NCBI GenBank assembly: GCA_013286805.1
Contig: JABDEY010000002.1
Location: 1,629-65,628, forward strand
DNA from: Bacteroidota bacterium
Lineage (GTDB): Bacteria; Bacteroidota; Bacteroidia; JABDFU01
Length of the DNA stretch: 64,000 nucleotides
Reading direction: 5' to 3'
Shown here: in pieces, positions 30,085-39,400 of the stretch
Position numbering within the stretch: position 1 is the first letter of the stretch
How the letters are laid out: the number at the start of each line of letters is the position of its first letter
Notes under the pieces: model-generated
Database searches by the model: none
Told to the model about the DNA's origin: nothing
What the model saw: the letters and a program-made list of their open reading frames with translations, nothing else
Translations under genes and position numbers: made by a program

Positions 30085-30155
30085 TTAGTTTAAAGTTTAG
30101 AGTTTAAAGTTTGAAAGTTTGAAAGTTTAGAGTTTAAAGTTTGAAAGTTTTTTTA
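30085..30155 (+). repeat. Array of about 9 tandem 7-nt units (AGTTTRA, as 'AGTTTAAAGTTTGAAAGTTT...') ending in a T-run.
   Basis: Direct reading: ttagtttaaagtttagagtttaaagtttgaaagtttgaaagtttagagtttaaagtttgaaagttttttt. Confidence 0.9.
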
Positions 30156-30211
30156 GATGCAAAAAAAGAATTTGAAAGTCATAATGGATATATCATGGAA
30201 GGTGTGAAGCA

Positions 30212-30246
30212 GTTAACTTTGAACTTTCCAGCCTTTAACTTTAAAC
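30212..30246 (+). repeat. Inverted copies of the AGTTTRA motif (AACTTTGAACTTT...AACTTTAAACT) just upstream of the subunit-IV start; a potential long-range stem partner of 30085..30155.
   Basis: The reverse complement of gttaactttgaactttccagcctttaactttaaact is agtttaaagttaaaggctggaaagttcaaagttaac. Confidence 0.7.
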
Positions 30247-30255
30247 TGATTTAAT

Positions 30256-30816
30256 ATGAGTGAATTTCACGATGATTATCCGGAGTATGAGCTGATGGCT
30301 CATCACAGTGAAGAGGTTGGTAAGGCTACGCGCAAAAAACTTTGGAGGGTATTCTGGATCATGTTGCTTATTACTATGGGTGAACTTGTTGTTGGTTATA
30401 ATGCAGAAGCGTGGGGGTTTCTGGATAGCCATCGGGCTTCGACCTTAGGATTAAAATTCTTTTTTCTCTTTTTTACAATAGCGAAGGCGGCCTTCATTGT
30501 GCTTTCTTTTATGCATTTGGGTGATGAAAAGAAGTCGTTGAAATGGGTGATACTTGGGCCTTATTGTACGTTTATTGTTTATTTAGCTGTGATGGTGGCA
30601 GTTGGGGAGGGTAGCTATTCCCAACCACACCGTGCCGAAATGGATCCGAATGTTGTGAAGCAAGCTGCTGAACATAAAAAGCCCGGTGGAGGTGCACATC
30701 ATGAAGCCGGTGCTGAGGGCAAGGAAAGCGGAGAAAGTCATGAGGCTGTCGGAGTCGAGGGGCATGATGCAGCTGGATCTGGGAGCCATGAGGATGCCGG
30801 AGCTGAGCATAAATGA
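30256..30816 (+). CDS. Cytochrome c oxidase subunit IV-like small membrane protein with a His/Glu/Gly-rich C-terminal tail.
   Basis: Two or three TM helices. Its position after the COX3 genes and before sco1 fits a Bacteroidota-type caa3 subunit IV. The tail is KKPGGGAHHEAGAEGKESGESHEAVGVEGHDAAGSGSHEDAGAEHK. Confidence 0.55.
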   Translation: MSEFHDDYPEYELMAHHSEEVGKATRKKLWRVFWIMLLITMGELVVGYNAEAWGFLDSHRASTLGLKFFFLFFTIAKAAFIVLSFMHLGDEKKSLKWVILGPYCTFIVYLAVMVAVGEGSYSQPHRAEMDPNVVKQAAEHKKPGGGAHHEAGAEGKESGESHEAVGVEGHDAAGSGSHEDAGAEHK

Positions 30817-31508
30817 AGAAACAGCACCTCGTTTTACTGATCATTCTCCTATTACCATCTCTTATTTACGTTTTTTTAACTACTGGTAAACATCATTTCA
30901 TGAGCCTGCCTTTTTATGGAGAGCGGGAGGCCACAACGAAAAATGTAAATGGTAAGGTTGTTACGGATACCATTTACCACAGCATTCCAGCTTTTCAGTT
31001 TATCAATCAGAACGGGGATACGGTCTCCGATAAAAATTACAAGGGCCGGATTTATGTTGCGGATTTCTTTTTCACAAGCTGCAAGTCGATCTGCCCGAAA
31101 ATGTCTGCTAATCTTGCTGTAGTTCAGGACAAATTCAAGGATATTGATTCTGTTTTTATTTTGTCACATACGGTGAATCCCGATAACGATACCCCGGAAA
31201 AGCTGAAGACGTATGCTCAATTGGTTCATGCAGATCTTAAGAAATGGACGTTTGTTACGGGTTCCAAGCATTCGATCTATGATATTGCTATACATGGGTA
31301 TATGCTTCCTGCGGGTGAGGATGTGATGGCTGAAGGGGGCTTTCTGCACAGTGAGCAGCTTATTCTGGTGGACAAGGAAAAACATATCCGGGGGATTTAT
31401 GACGGGACTTCTTTGCCGGATGTGAATAAGCTGATTGATGATATTAAGTTGCTGAAGGCGGATTATATTGTGAAAGAGGAGAAGAGGTTAGCGAGGCAGG
31501 GCAAATAG
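30813..31508 (+). CDS. SCO1/SenC-family copper chaperone (thioredoxin-like).
   Basis: FFFTSCKSICP (CxxxC copper-binding motif) and the HS/HT context. The start overlaps the upstream stop (ATGA). Confidence 0.85.
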   Translation: MKKQHLVLLIILLLPSLIYVFLTTGKHHFMSLPFYGEREATTKNVNGKVVTDTIYHSIPAFQFINQNGDTVSDKNYKGRIYVADFFFTSCKSICPKMSANLAVVQDKFKDIDSVFILSHTVNPDNDTPEKLKTYAQLVHADLKKWTFVTGSKHSIYDIAIHGYMLPAGEDVMAEGGFLHSEQLILVDKEKHIRGIYDGTSLPDVNKLIDDIKLLKADYIVKEEKRLARQGK

Positions 31509-31607
31509 CCAGTGGCTATTTGAGCCGGTAAGTGCGCAGGCGAGAGGGGTAGATAAGTTTAGAATTACCTTTTAAATCCAATTTTTTTTTCGGTTAGTAT
31601 ATTTTGG

Positions 31608-32696
31608 TTACTTGGCTTTAATATCACAGTACTTATCAATCAGGTCGTTCGCGAGTTCGTTTCCCATGCTGTCGGCGGCGACAAGGTCGGCACAGGAGCC
31701 TTTCTTATCACCTGATGCGAATTTTATGGCGGCTCTGTTGATGTATGCCTGAGAATAGTTTTGTTTCATCTGAATTGCTTTATTGAGGTCTGCCAATGCA
31801 CCTCTTACATCTTTGAGTCCGGCTTTTGCGGCTCCGCGGAAGTTGTATATTTTTGGATTTTTTGGATCCATTCCCAAGGCTGTTTCACAATCTATCAGTG
31901 CGCCTTTATTATCCATTATGTTGATTTTAGCTGCTGCGCGGTTAATAAAGGTTTCCACATCGGTATGGTTGAAGTGTATGGACTTGTCGTAATCTGCAAT
32001 TGCTCCTTTATAATCACCTATTTCAAATTTTGTACTTCCCCTGAATTTAAACAATTCAAAATTACTGGTATCAATCAGTATGGCTTTGTTGAAGTCGGAC
32101 ATGGCTAACTGGTAATCTCCTATGTCATGTCTTGCCTTCCCCCTGTATATAAAGGCCTCGAGGCTGTTGGCTTTGAATTCGAGTGCTGTGGTGAAATCTG
32201 TAATGGCGTCAATGGTTTTTCGCATTTTACTTTTTAATACTCCCCTCTGTATAAGTGCTTCTACGTTATCTCCGGTTAAACTTATGGCTTTGTCCAGATC
32301 GCTCAGCGCTGATTTCGCATCCCCGCTTGCGGCTTCTATTAATCCGCGTTTTGCAAACGCTGCAGAGAAATCGGGCTTAATCTTTATAGCCTGGGCCACA
32401 TCTTCGAGGGCACTTTTGTTTTCCCCCAACATGTATTTTTCACTGGCTTTTCCGAGCCAGGCAGCAGCATTCTCTGTGTTTGTTTTGGTGGCCCGGGTAT
32501 AATATTTTAAAGCTTCTTTATAGTTTTTGAGGCTGTCCTGATGCAGGGCGGCTTTAATGTTGATATCAGGAGAGTCTGAATCAACTGTGGATTGGGAGAA
32601 ACCATAAAAAAAAAGCAGTAAAGAAAAAAGAAGAAATATATATTTCCCGGAGTTCATTTGAATTCTACAAAGGTATGTCAGTTTAGCTCCATTCAA
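31608..32696 (-). CDS. TPR-repeat secreted protein or lipoprotein.
   Basis: Signal peptide followed by about 8 canonical TPR units (e.g. YxxRGxxKxxxGDxxGAxxDxxKAIxxxP). Confidence 0.7.
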   Translation of the reverse strand: MNGAKLTYLCRIQMNSGKYIFLLFSLLLFFYGFSQSTVDSDSPDINIKAALHQDSLKNYKEALKYYTRATKTNTENAAAWLGKASEKYMLGENKSALEDVAQAIKIKPDFSAAFAKRGLIEAASGDAKSALSDLDKAISLTGDNVEALIQRGVLKSKMRKTIDAITDFTTALEFKANSLEAFIYRGKARHDIGDYQLAMSDFNKAILIDTSNFELFKFRGSTKFEIGDYKGAIADYDKSIHFNHTDVETFINRAAAKINIMDNKGALIDCETALGMDPKNPKIYNFRGAAKAGLKDVRGALADLNKAIQMKQNYSQAYINRAAIKFASGDKKGSCADLVAADSMGNELANDLIDKYCDIKAK

Positions 32697-32739
32697 GGTT
32701 AATCACTACTAAACATTAACTATACAAAGTTTACTAAAG

Positions 32740-34554
32740 CTAACCAGAATTGCCTGAATTGGCAGGCTGAAAATGTGCGGCTATTTTCTTTGCCTTGTGC
32801 AAGCCGACAACATCAGCCAATTCTTCTTCCTTTGCTTGTTTAATGCGTTTTACGGATATGAATTTTTGCAATAACTTTTGGGCAGTCTTGTCGCTTATCC
32901 CCGGTATCAGAGTCAGTTCTGTTTTAATGGTTCCTTTTTCGCGTTTTTTCCGGTGATGGGTAATCCCAAACCGATGTGCTTCATCCCTTATTTGTTGAAT
33001 GATTCTAAGGCTTTCCGATTTTTTGTCCAGATACAAAGGCAGGGAGTCGTTCGGGTAGTATATCTCTTCCAGTTTTTTAGCGATACCAATTATTCCAACT
33101 TTACCCATCAGGCCCAGTTTTTCAAGCACGCTTACTGCAGAGCTTAGCTGACCTTTTCCCCCGTCCACTACAATTAGCTGGGGCAAGGGTAGCTTTTCAT
33201 CCAATACACGCTTGTAGCGTCTGTAAATAACCTCTTCCATGGATGCATAATCGTCCGGGCCCTCTACTGTTTTTATGTTAAAATGACGATAGTCTTTTTT
33301 GCTTGGCTTTCCTTCTTTGAATACAGTCATAGCGGCGACCGGCCAGGAACCCTGTGTATTTGAATTGTCAAAACATTCTATGTGACGGGGCTCTTCTTTT
33401 AGCCGCAGGTCTTTCATCATTTGCTGCATGACTCTTTTGGAGTGACGGTCGGGGTCAACTAATGATTCCTGTCTCTCTTTTTCCTTGCGGTAGTATTCAA
33501 GGTTTCGCTTGGATAGCTGCAGCAGATGGTGTTTATCCCCTCTCTGTGGTACAGTATATTCTGCCCCTTCAAATTTTAACTCCGGAGCAAAGGGCACAAT
33601 GATTTCTTTGGCATTGCTGCTGAACCGTAAACGTAATTCTGCAATAGCGAGGGTTAGCAACTCTTCCGGACTCTCTTCCAGTTTCTTTTTTAATTCGATG
33701 GTATGTCCCTGAATAATAGCCCCATTCATGACTTTCAGGTAATTGACATATCCGTTTTTTTCATCTGTGATAATTGAAAAGATATCGGCGTTGTCAATAT
33801 CAGAACTAACTACCGTTGACTTACTTTGGTACTTGTGGAGTAATTCGATTTTTTCCTTCAATTGCTGGGCCTGTTCAAATTCGAGGTTTCCAGAATGCCT
33901 GTTCATCAGCTCTTTCATCTGCCGGATGGCTGTTGAGACATTTCCTTTAACAATGTTCCTGATCTGAAGGATGCTGTTGTCGTATTCCTCTTCTGTCTGC
34001 AATCCCTCACAAGGGCCCTTGCAGTTGCCAATATGGTACTCGAGGCAAACTTTAAATTTTTTCTTTTGTATGTTTTCTGGCGATAAGTGCAGGTTACAGT
34101 TTCTAAGCGGGTAGAGCTTATGAATGAGGTCGAGTACGATATGCATCATCCTTCCGGAAGGGAAGGGTCCAAAATATTCTGAACCATCTTTGATCATTGT
34201 TCGTGTGTCATACACACGCGGAAATTGTTCATCTTTAATACATATCCAGGGATAGGTTTTGTCGTCCTTGAGTAATACATTGTAGCGAGGCTGATGTTTT
34301 TTGATCAGACTGTTTTCCAGGATTAAGGCATCCAACTCTGTATCGACAATGATAAATTTAATGTCAACTATTTTTTTTACGAGAATGGTGGTTTTGTTGT
34401 TTTCGTGCTGGTCCCGGTTGAAATAAGAAGTTACCCGCTTTTTCAGGTTTTTCGCTTTGCCGACATAGAGCAGATTGGCGAGTTCATCGTAAAACTGATA
34501 AACGCCTGGATTGCCAGGCAATGACTGCAGGAGGGTTTGAAGGTGAGGGGACAA
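32740..34554 (-). CDS. uvrC: Excinuclease ABC subunit C.
   Basis: GIY-YIG N-terminus (PGVYQFYDELANLLYVGKAKNLKKRVTSYF), a UvrB-interacting region, and the C-terminal RNaseH-like and HhH domains (LIPGISDKTAQKLL). Confidence 0.92.
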   Translation of the reverse strand: MSPHLQTLLQSLPGNPGVYQFYDELANLLYVGKAKNLKKRVTSYFNRDQHENNKTTILVKKIVDIKFIIVDTELDALILENSLIKKHQPRYNVLLKDDKTYPWICIKDEQFPRVYDTRTMIKDGSEYFGPFPSGRMMHIVLDLIHKLYPLRNCNLHLSPENIQKKKFKVCLEYHIGNCKGPCEGLQTEEEYDNSILQIRNIVKGNVSTAIRQMKELMNRHSGNLEFEQAQQLKEKIELLHKYQSKSTVVSSDIDNADIFSIITDEKNGYVNYLKVMNGAIIQGHTIELKKKLEESPEELLTLAIAELRLRFSSNAKEIIVPFAPELKFEGAEYTVPQRGDKHHLLQLSKRNLEYYRKEKERQESLVDPDRHSKRVMQQMMKDLRLKEEPRHIECFDNSNTQGSWPVAAMTVFKEGKPSKKDYRHFNIKTVEGPDDYASMEEVIYRRYKRVLDEKLPLPQLIVVDGGKGQLSSAVSVLEKLGLMGKVGIIGIAKKLEEIYYPNDSLPLYLDKKSESLRIIQQIRDEAHRFGITHHRKKREKGTIKTELTLIPGISDKTAQKLLQKFISVKRIKQAKEEELADVVGLHKAKKIAAHFQPANSGNSG

Positions 34555-34645
34555 AAATTTATGTTGAATTTATAATTCGAAACATTTATATGCTCCAAAA
34601 AAACTTAAATAAAGAACATAATAAAGTGAAAGGTTGAACGGAGTC

Positions 34646-35737
34646 CTAGAATCTTGCTTTATTCTGGTACAGAAAATTGCTTGGGTTGACATAACGCAAG
34701 GCCAGTTCAAATCCTCCACGGCCAATGCTGGCCGTACGAAGCTGAGAAACGTTTACGTCGTAGCTGAAACCAATGGCGTAATTTGATATTTCCAAAAGGG
34801 TACTAATAATAACAGCATCATTCCAGCGGTAATAAGCCCCTGCTGAAACAGCTGCGCCTTTTACATAACCTGTATATTTTGAATCTTCCTTCAATGTGTA
34901 TTTCAGCAATCCACCTGCAGTTATTTCCTGCGCAGGACCTTGCCTGTAATAAATAAAACCGGGAACAATGGAAACGGGAGTGTTCTTTATGCCAAACAGA
35001 AAATTGCCATGAGCGACATATTTCATAAACAGCATATCGCGGTTTGTTTCATTAATCGAATAAAAGGATTGATCCGGCTGGTTAATATGAGCGACAGCGA
35101 ATCCAAGGCTGGTTTGAATAACATCGTTCCCGCTGACATACATTTCTCCTTTATTGTACTGGTATAAAATGCCTGCTCCGATATCGGGGTAAAGAATACT
35201 TGTGTTGGTCAGGTAGCCCTCCCGTGCAGTACCCAGACCAGGAGTAACTGTCCCTGTTGCCTGATCATAATTATTGTCCCAGGTCAGGGCACCTGCGTTT
35301 ATGGAATATTGCCCAAAGCCTGCCTGAATGCCGCCTGAAAGTATCTGGTTGGCATCCAGTTTTACGTGGGCCGCAAAGTTAAGGTTTACCTGTGTTGTAC
35401 TTAGCGAACCATCACCGGCCTTGTCACTGAAAACGTTGAGCCCAACACCTAAATAGCCATTTTTCCATTTAGCTTTCATGAGCCGCATGTCTCCGGCAAT
35501 TGCAAAGGTCTGAAATGCGGCTGAAACTGCCTGCCATTGCTCGCGGTAAAGCGTAGATGCGGATATATCTTTGAAGGCACCTGCTGTTGCAGGATCAAGT
35601 GTAAGCGGGGACATATAGAATTGAGAAAAATGGATGTCCTGAGCGGATGTGGTGCAGGAGAAGAGGAGGCCAAAGCCAATGGCCAACAAACAATAGTTGA
35701 AGAAACCTGCTGTCTTTGTATTCATTCCAGTTTTCAA
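34646..35737 (-). CDS. Type IX secretion system membrane protein, PorP/SprF family.
   Basis: The signature N-terminus ...AQDIHFSQFYMSPLTLDPATAG matches TIGR03519-type 'D(I/P)HFSQFY..P..LNPA'. A beta-barrel-like remainder follows. Confidence 0.8.
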   Translation of the reverse strand: MKTGMNTKTAGFFNYCLLAIGFGLLFSCTTSAQDIHFSQFYMSPLTLDPATAGAFKDISASTLYREQWQAVSAAFQTFAIAGDMRLMKAKWKNGYLGVGLNVFSDKAGDGSLSTTQVNLNFAAHVKLDANQILSGGIQAGFGQYSINAGALTWDNNYDQATGTVTPGLGTAREGYLTNTSILYPDIGAGILYQYNKGEMYVSGNDVIQTSLGFAVAHINQPDQSFYSINETNRDMLFMKYVAHGNFLFGIKNTPVSIVPGFIYYRQGPAQEITAGGLLKYTLKEDSKYTGYVKGAAVSAGAYYRWNDAVIISTLLEISNYAIGFSYDVNVSQLRTASIGRGGFELALRYVNPSNFLYQNKARF

Positions 35738-35935
35738 ATTCTTTCCGGTTTTTGTATAAAAGGCCTTAATAAGGTGTTAAATATAATGAAAATATCCATA
35801 GTTTGGCAGATTGTGCGAAAGGTAAATAGGTGACTATATATGATGTAAAATGGAAGCGGCATAGGTTGTTGGCAGTATTTAAGTAAATTTAGCCGCTTTT
35901 TAACGCCAATAAATTTGTACAATTAGGTCTTTCAG

Positions 35936-36421
35936 ATGAATTCTTTCCTGACAATTAGTTTAACTATATTCCGTTCTTACAAAACCCTTGGAGAGAAGGC
36001 TATGGCCCAGGTAGCTGAGGATAAATTATTCTTCCAATTCAATACTGAGAGTAATAGTATTGCTACCATCGTCAAGCATGTGTCAGGCAATATGTTATCC
36101 CGCTGGACGGATTTTCTGATTACTGATGGGGAAAAGGAATGGAGAAAAAGGGACGCTGAATTTATAAATGATCTAAAAACCAGGGCTGAATTAATGCAAA
36201 CCTGGGATAAGGGTTGGGCCTGTATGTTTAATACGATTGAAAACCTGAAGGAAGAAGATCTGGAGCGGGTGGTTTTTATCCGTAAAGAGGCACATTCAGT
36301 TGCAGAGGCTATTAACAGGCAATTGGCTCATTATGCCTATCATGTTGGGCAAATTGTGTTTGTGGCAAAAATGATTGCTGATCAAAATTGGACTTCACTT
36401 TCAATTCCGAGAGCTAAATAA
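35936..36421 (+). CDS. DinB-superfamily protein (DUF1572-like).
   Basis: FRSYKTLGEKAMAQV...HVSGNMLSRWTDFL...HYAYHVGQIVFV is characteristic of the DinB/YfiT-like four-helix-bundle family. Confidence 0.55.
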   Translation: MNSFLTISLTIFRSYKTLGEKAMAQVAEDKLFFQFNTESNSIATIVKHVSGNMLSRWTDFLITDGEKEWRKRDAEFINDLKTRAELMQTWDKGWACMFNTIENLKEEDLERVVFIRKEAHSVAEAINRQLAHYAYHVGQIVFVAKMIADQNWTSLSIPRAK

Positions 36422-36428
36422 TTAAGCC

Positions 36429-39400
36429 GTGAATGCTTTAGAGGGGTTGGTGGGGCTTTATTCGAAAAGTGATAACACTTTATCTTTCGTTGAAAAGCTG
36501 AAGATGAAGAGGAATTCTCATGTCCGTTTGAAAGGGTTGGCTGGCTCATCGGCCGCTTTTGTGGTGGCTTCCGCTGCAGCCCATCTGGGTAATTTGAATG
36601 TATGTATTTTGCCGGAGCAGGAGTCGGCGGCTTATTTTTTAAATGATCTGGAGAATATTCTTGGTAAATCCCGGGTTTTGTTTTTTCCGGCGGCAGGCAG
36701 AAGGGGTCATAATCATGCGGGGCCAGACTATTCTAATTTGTTGTTAAGAACAGAGGTATTGACGGGGTTGATTTCAGATCGAGGTTTGATTTCATCTCCG
36801 GGGTTACCTCCTGTTTCCAGTCAGGAAAAGAAAGAAGCCCGGTACATAGTGACCTATCCTGAAGCTCTGGAAGATAAGGTCGCTACCAAATCATATCTTT
36901 TAAAAAATACCTTGCAGGTTCAGAAAGGTGAAAAGTTATCCATCGATTTTGTTGTGGATGTTTTGCTGGAGTATGGATTTGACAGATGTGATTATGTAAG
37001 CGGGCCCGGGCAATTTTCTGTACGTGGTGGTATTATTGATGTCTTTTCCTTTTCCAATGATGATCCGTACAGGATAGAATTGTCGGGTGATGAGGTAGAG
37101 TCTATTCGCTCTTTTGATGCTACCAGCCAGTTGTCCATCGATCAACTGGAAGAAATTACTGTTGTTCCTGACCTTCAGACAGAGGTTGCCGGAGAAAGCA
37201 GGCAGAATTTTCTGGAATATATTCCAGCGGATACTATTATCTGGTTGAATAACATTGAGAAGGGCAATGAGAAAAATGAACCTGGAGAATCGTTCGATAA
37301 CTATATCCGGAATTTCTCCTGTGTGGAATTCGGGCAAAGCTATTATTTTGAACCGGATCTGGAGTTGGTATATGATTTTGTTCCCCAGCCTGTCTTCAAT
37401 AAAAATTTTGATCTGCTCCTGGCGAATCTGCGGGAGAATGTGGCCGGAGGTTTCCGTAATATTATTTTTTCGGACACCCAGAAGCAGGTTGAGCGATTGA
37501 GGAATATCTTCAATGATCTGGAGCCACCGGTTCGCAGGGAGGATTTAGGGAATCGGGAAGGAGATCGAAATGACAGTGAGACAGAGGTGAATACAGATCA
37601 GGCTGCAGATCCTGAGCTGTTCGTTCCTATACACTTATCTATCCATGAGGGATTCAGGGATAAACAAAATAAAGTAGCCTGTTATACCGATCACCAGATA
37701 TTTGAGCGCTACCATCGGTTCCGCCTTAAAAACACTTTTAGCAAAACCAGTGAGGCTATCACGCTGAAGGAGATTAAAGGATTGAATCCGGGGGATTATA
37801 TCACGCATATTGATCATGGTGTGGGGCGATATGGTGGATTGGAAAAAATGGAGGTCAATGGAAAGTTACAGGAGGCTATCCGGTTGGTTTACAGGGACAA
37901 TGATATCCTCTATGTGAGCATTCAATCCCTGCATCGCATTTCAAAGTTCAGCAGTAAGGAGGGTGCTGTTCCTAAAACGGATAAGCTGGGGAGTGCTGCC
38001 TGGCAGAACCTGAAGCAAAAGACCAAGAGGAAGGTGATGGAGATCGCCTTTGACCTGATTAAATTGTATGCGGAACGAAAAGCTAAAAAAGGCTTTGCCT
38101 TTGCGCCCGACACCTATCTGCAAAATGAACTGGAAGCGTCTTTCATTTACGAAGATACTCCGGATCAGTTGAAGGCTACCATTGATGTGAAGAAGGATAT
38201 GGAAGATCAGGCTCCCATGGATCGGTTGATTTGCGGGGATGTTGGATTTGGTAAAACGGAGATTGCCGTACGGGCTGCTTTTAAGGCGGTTGTGGATGGT
38301 AAGCAGGCCGCGGTATTAGTACCTACTACGATTCTTGCACTTCAACATTTTAAAACTTTTTCTGAACGCCTGAAGGGAATCCCCTGTACCGTGGATTATA
38401 TTAACCGTTTTAAGTCGGCTAAAGAACAAAAGGAAACATTGCAGAAACTGGCAGAAGGGAAAATAGATATTATCATTGGCACGCATCGGATAGTCGGCAA
38501 GGATGTAAAGTTTAAGGACCTTGGATTGTTGGTTATTGATGAAGAGCAAAAATTTGGTGTGGGCGTCAAGGATAAACTCAAGACTATAAAAGTCAATGTG
38601 GATACGCTCACGCTGACCGCTACACCTATACCACGTACCCTGCAGTTCTCTATGATGGGGGCAAGGGATCTGTCTATTATCAATACGCCTCCTCCCAATC
38701 GTTATCCTATTCAGACGGAACTACATTCCTTTAATCATGAGTTAATCCGGGAGACAATTTTATACGAAGTGTCGCGTGGAGGGCAGGTGTTTTTTATTCA
38801 TAACCGTGTCGGGACTTTGGTGGAAATGGAGCTTTTGATAAATAAATTGTGTCCTAAGGTGAAAACGCTGACGGTGCATGGACAGATGGATGGGGAGAAA
38901 CTCGAAGAAGCCATGATGAATTTTATCAATGGGGATTATGACATATTAATTTCTACTACTATCGTTGAGTCGGGTCTTGATATTCCAAATGCGAATACAA
39001 TGATCATCAATGATGCACATACATTCGGGCTGAGTGATCTTCATCAGTTGAGAGGCCGTGTGGGGCGTTCCAATAAGAAGGCTTTTTGTTATTTGCTGGC
39101 TCCTCCTTTATCGGTGCTGACCACGGAGGCTCAGAAAAGGCTGAGGGCTATTTCTGAATTTTCTGACCTGGGTAGCGGGTTTCAGATTTCCATGCGCGAC
39201 CTGGATATACGGGGTGCGGGTAATTTGCTGGGTGCTGAGCAAAGCGGATTTATTACGGAGATAGGGTATGAGATGTATCAGAAGATACTGGATGAGGCAC
39301 TGGAGGAATTGCGGGAGGATATGAAGATGAGAGGGCAAACAGCCACTGGGCGGCCTGAGCCAGCTGGTGCGGAAGTGGTTACCGGCGATCGATTATCGGT

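Noticed and set aside
30085-30250. Possible CRISPR or mobile-element terminal repeats.
   Set aside because: The units are 7 nt and contiguous. The inverted partner is better explained as an RNA hairpin or attenuator inside the cox operon. No transposase or integrase is present.
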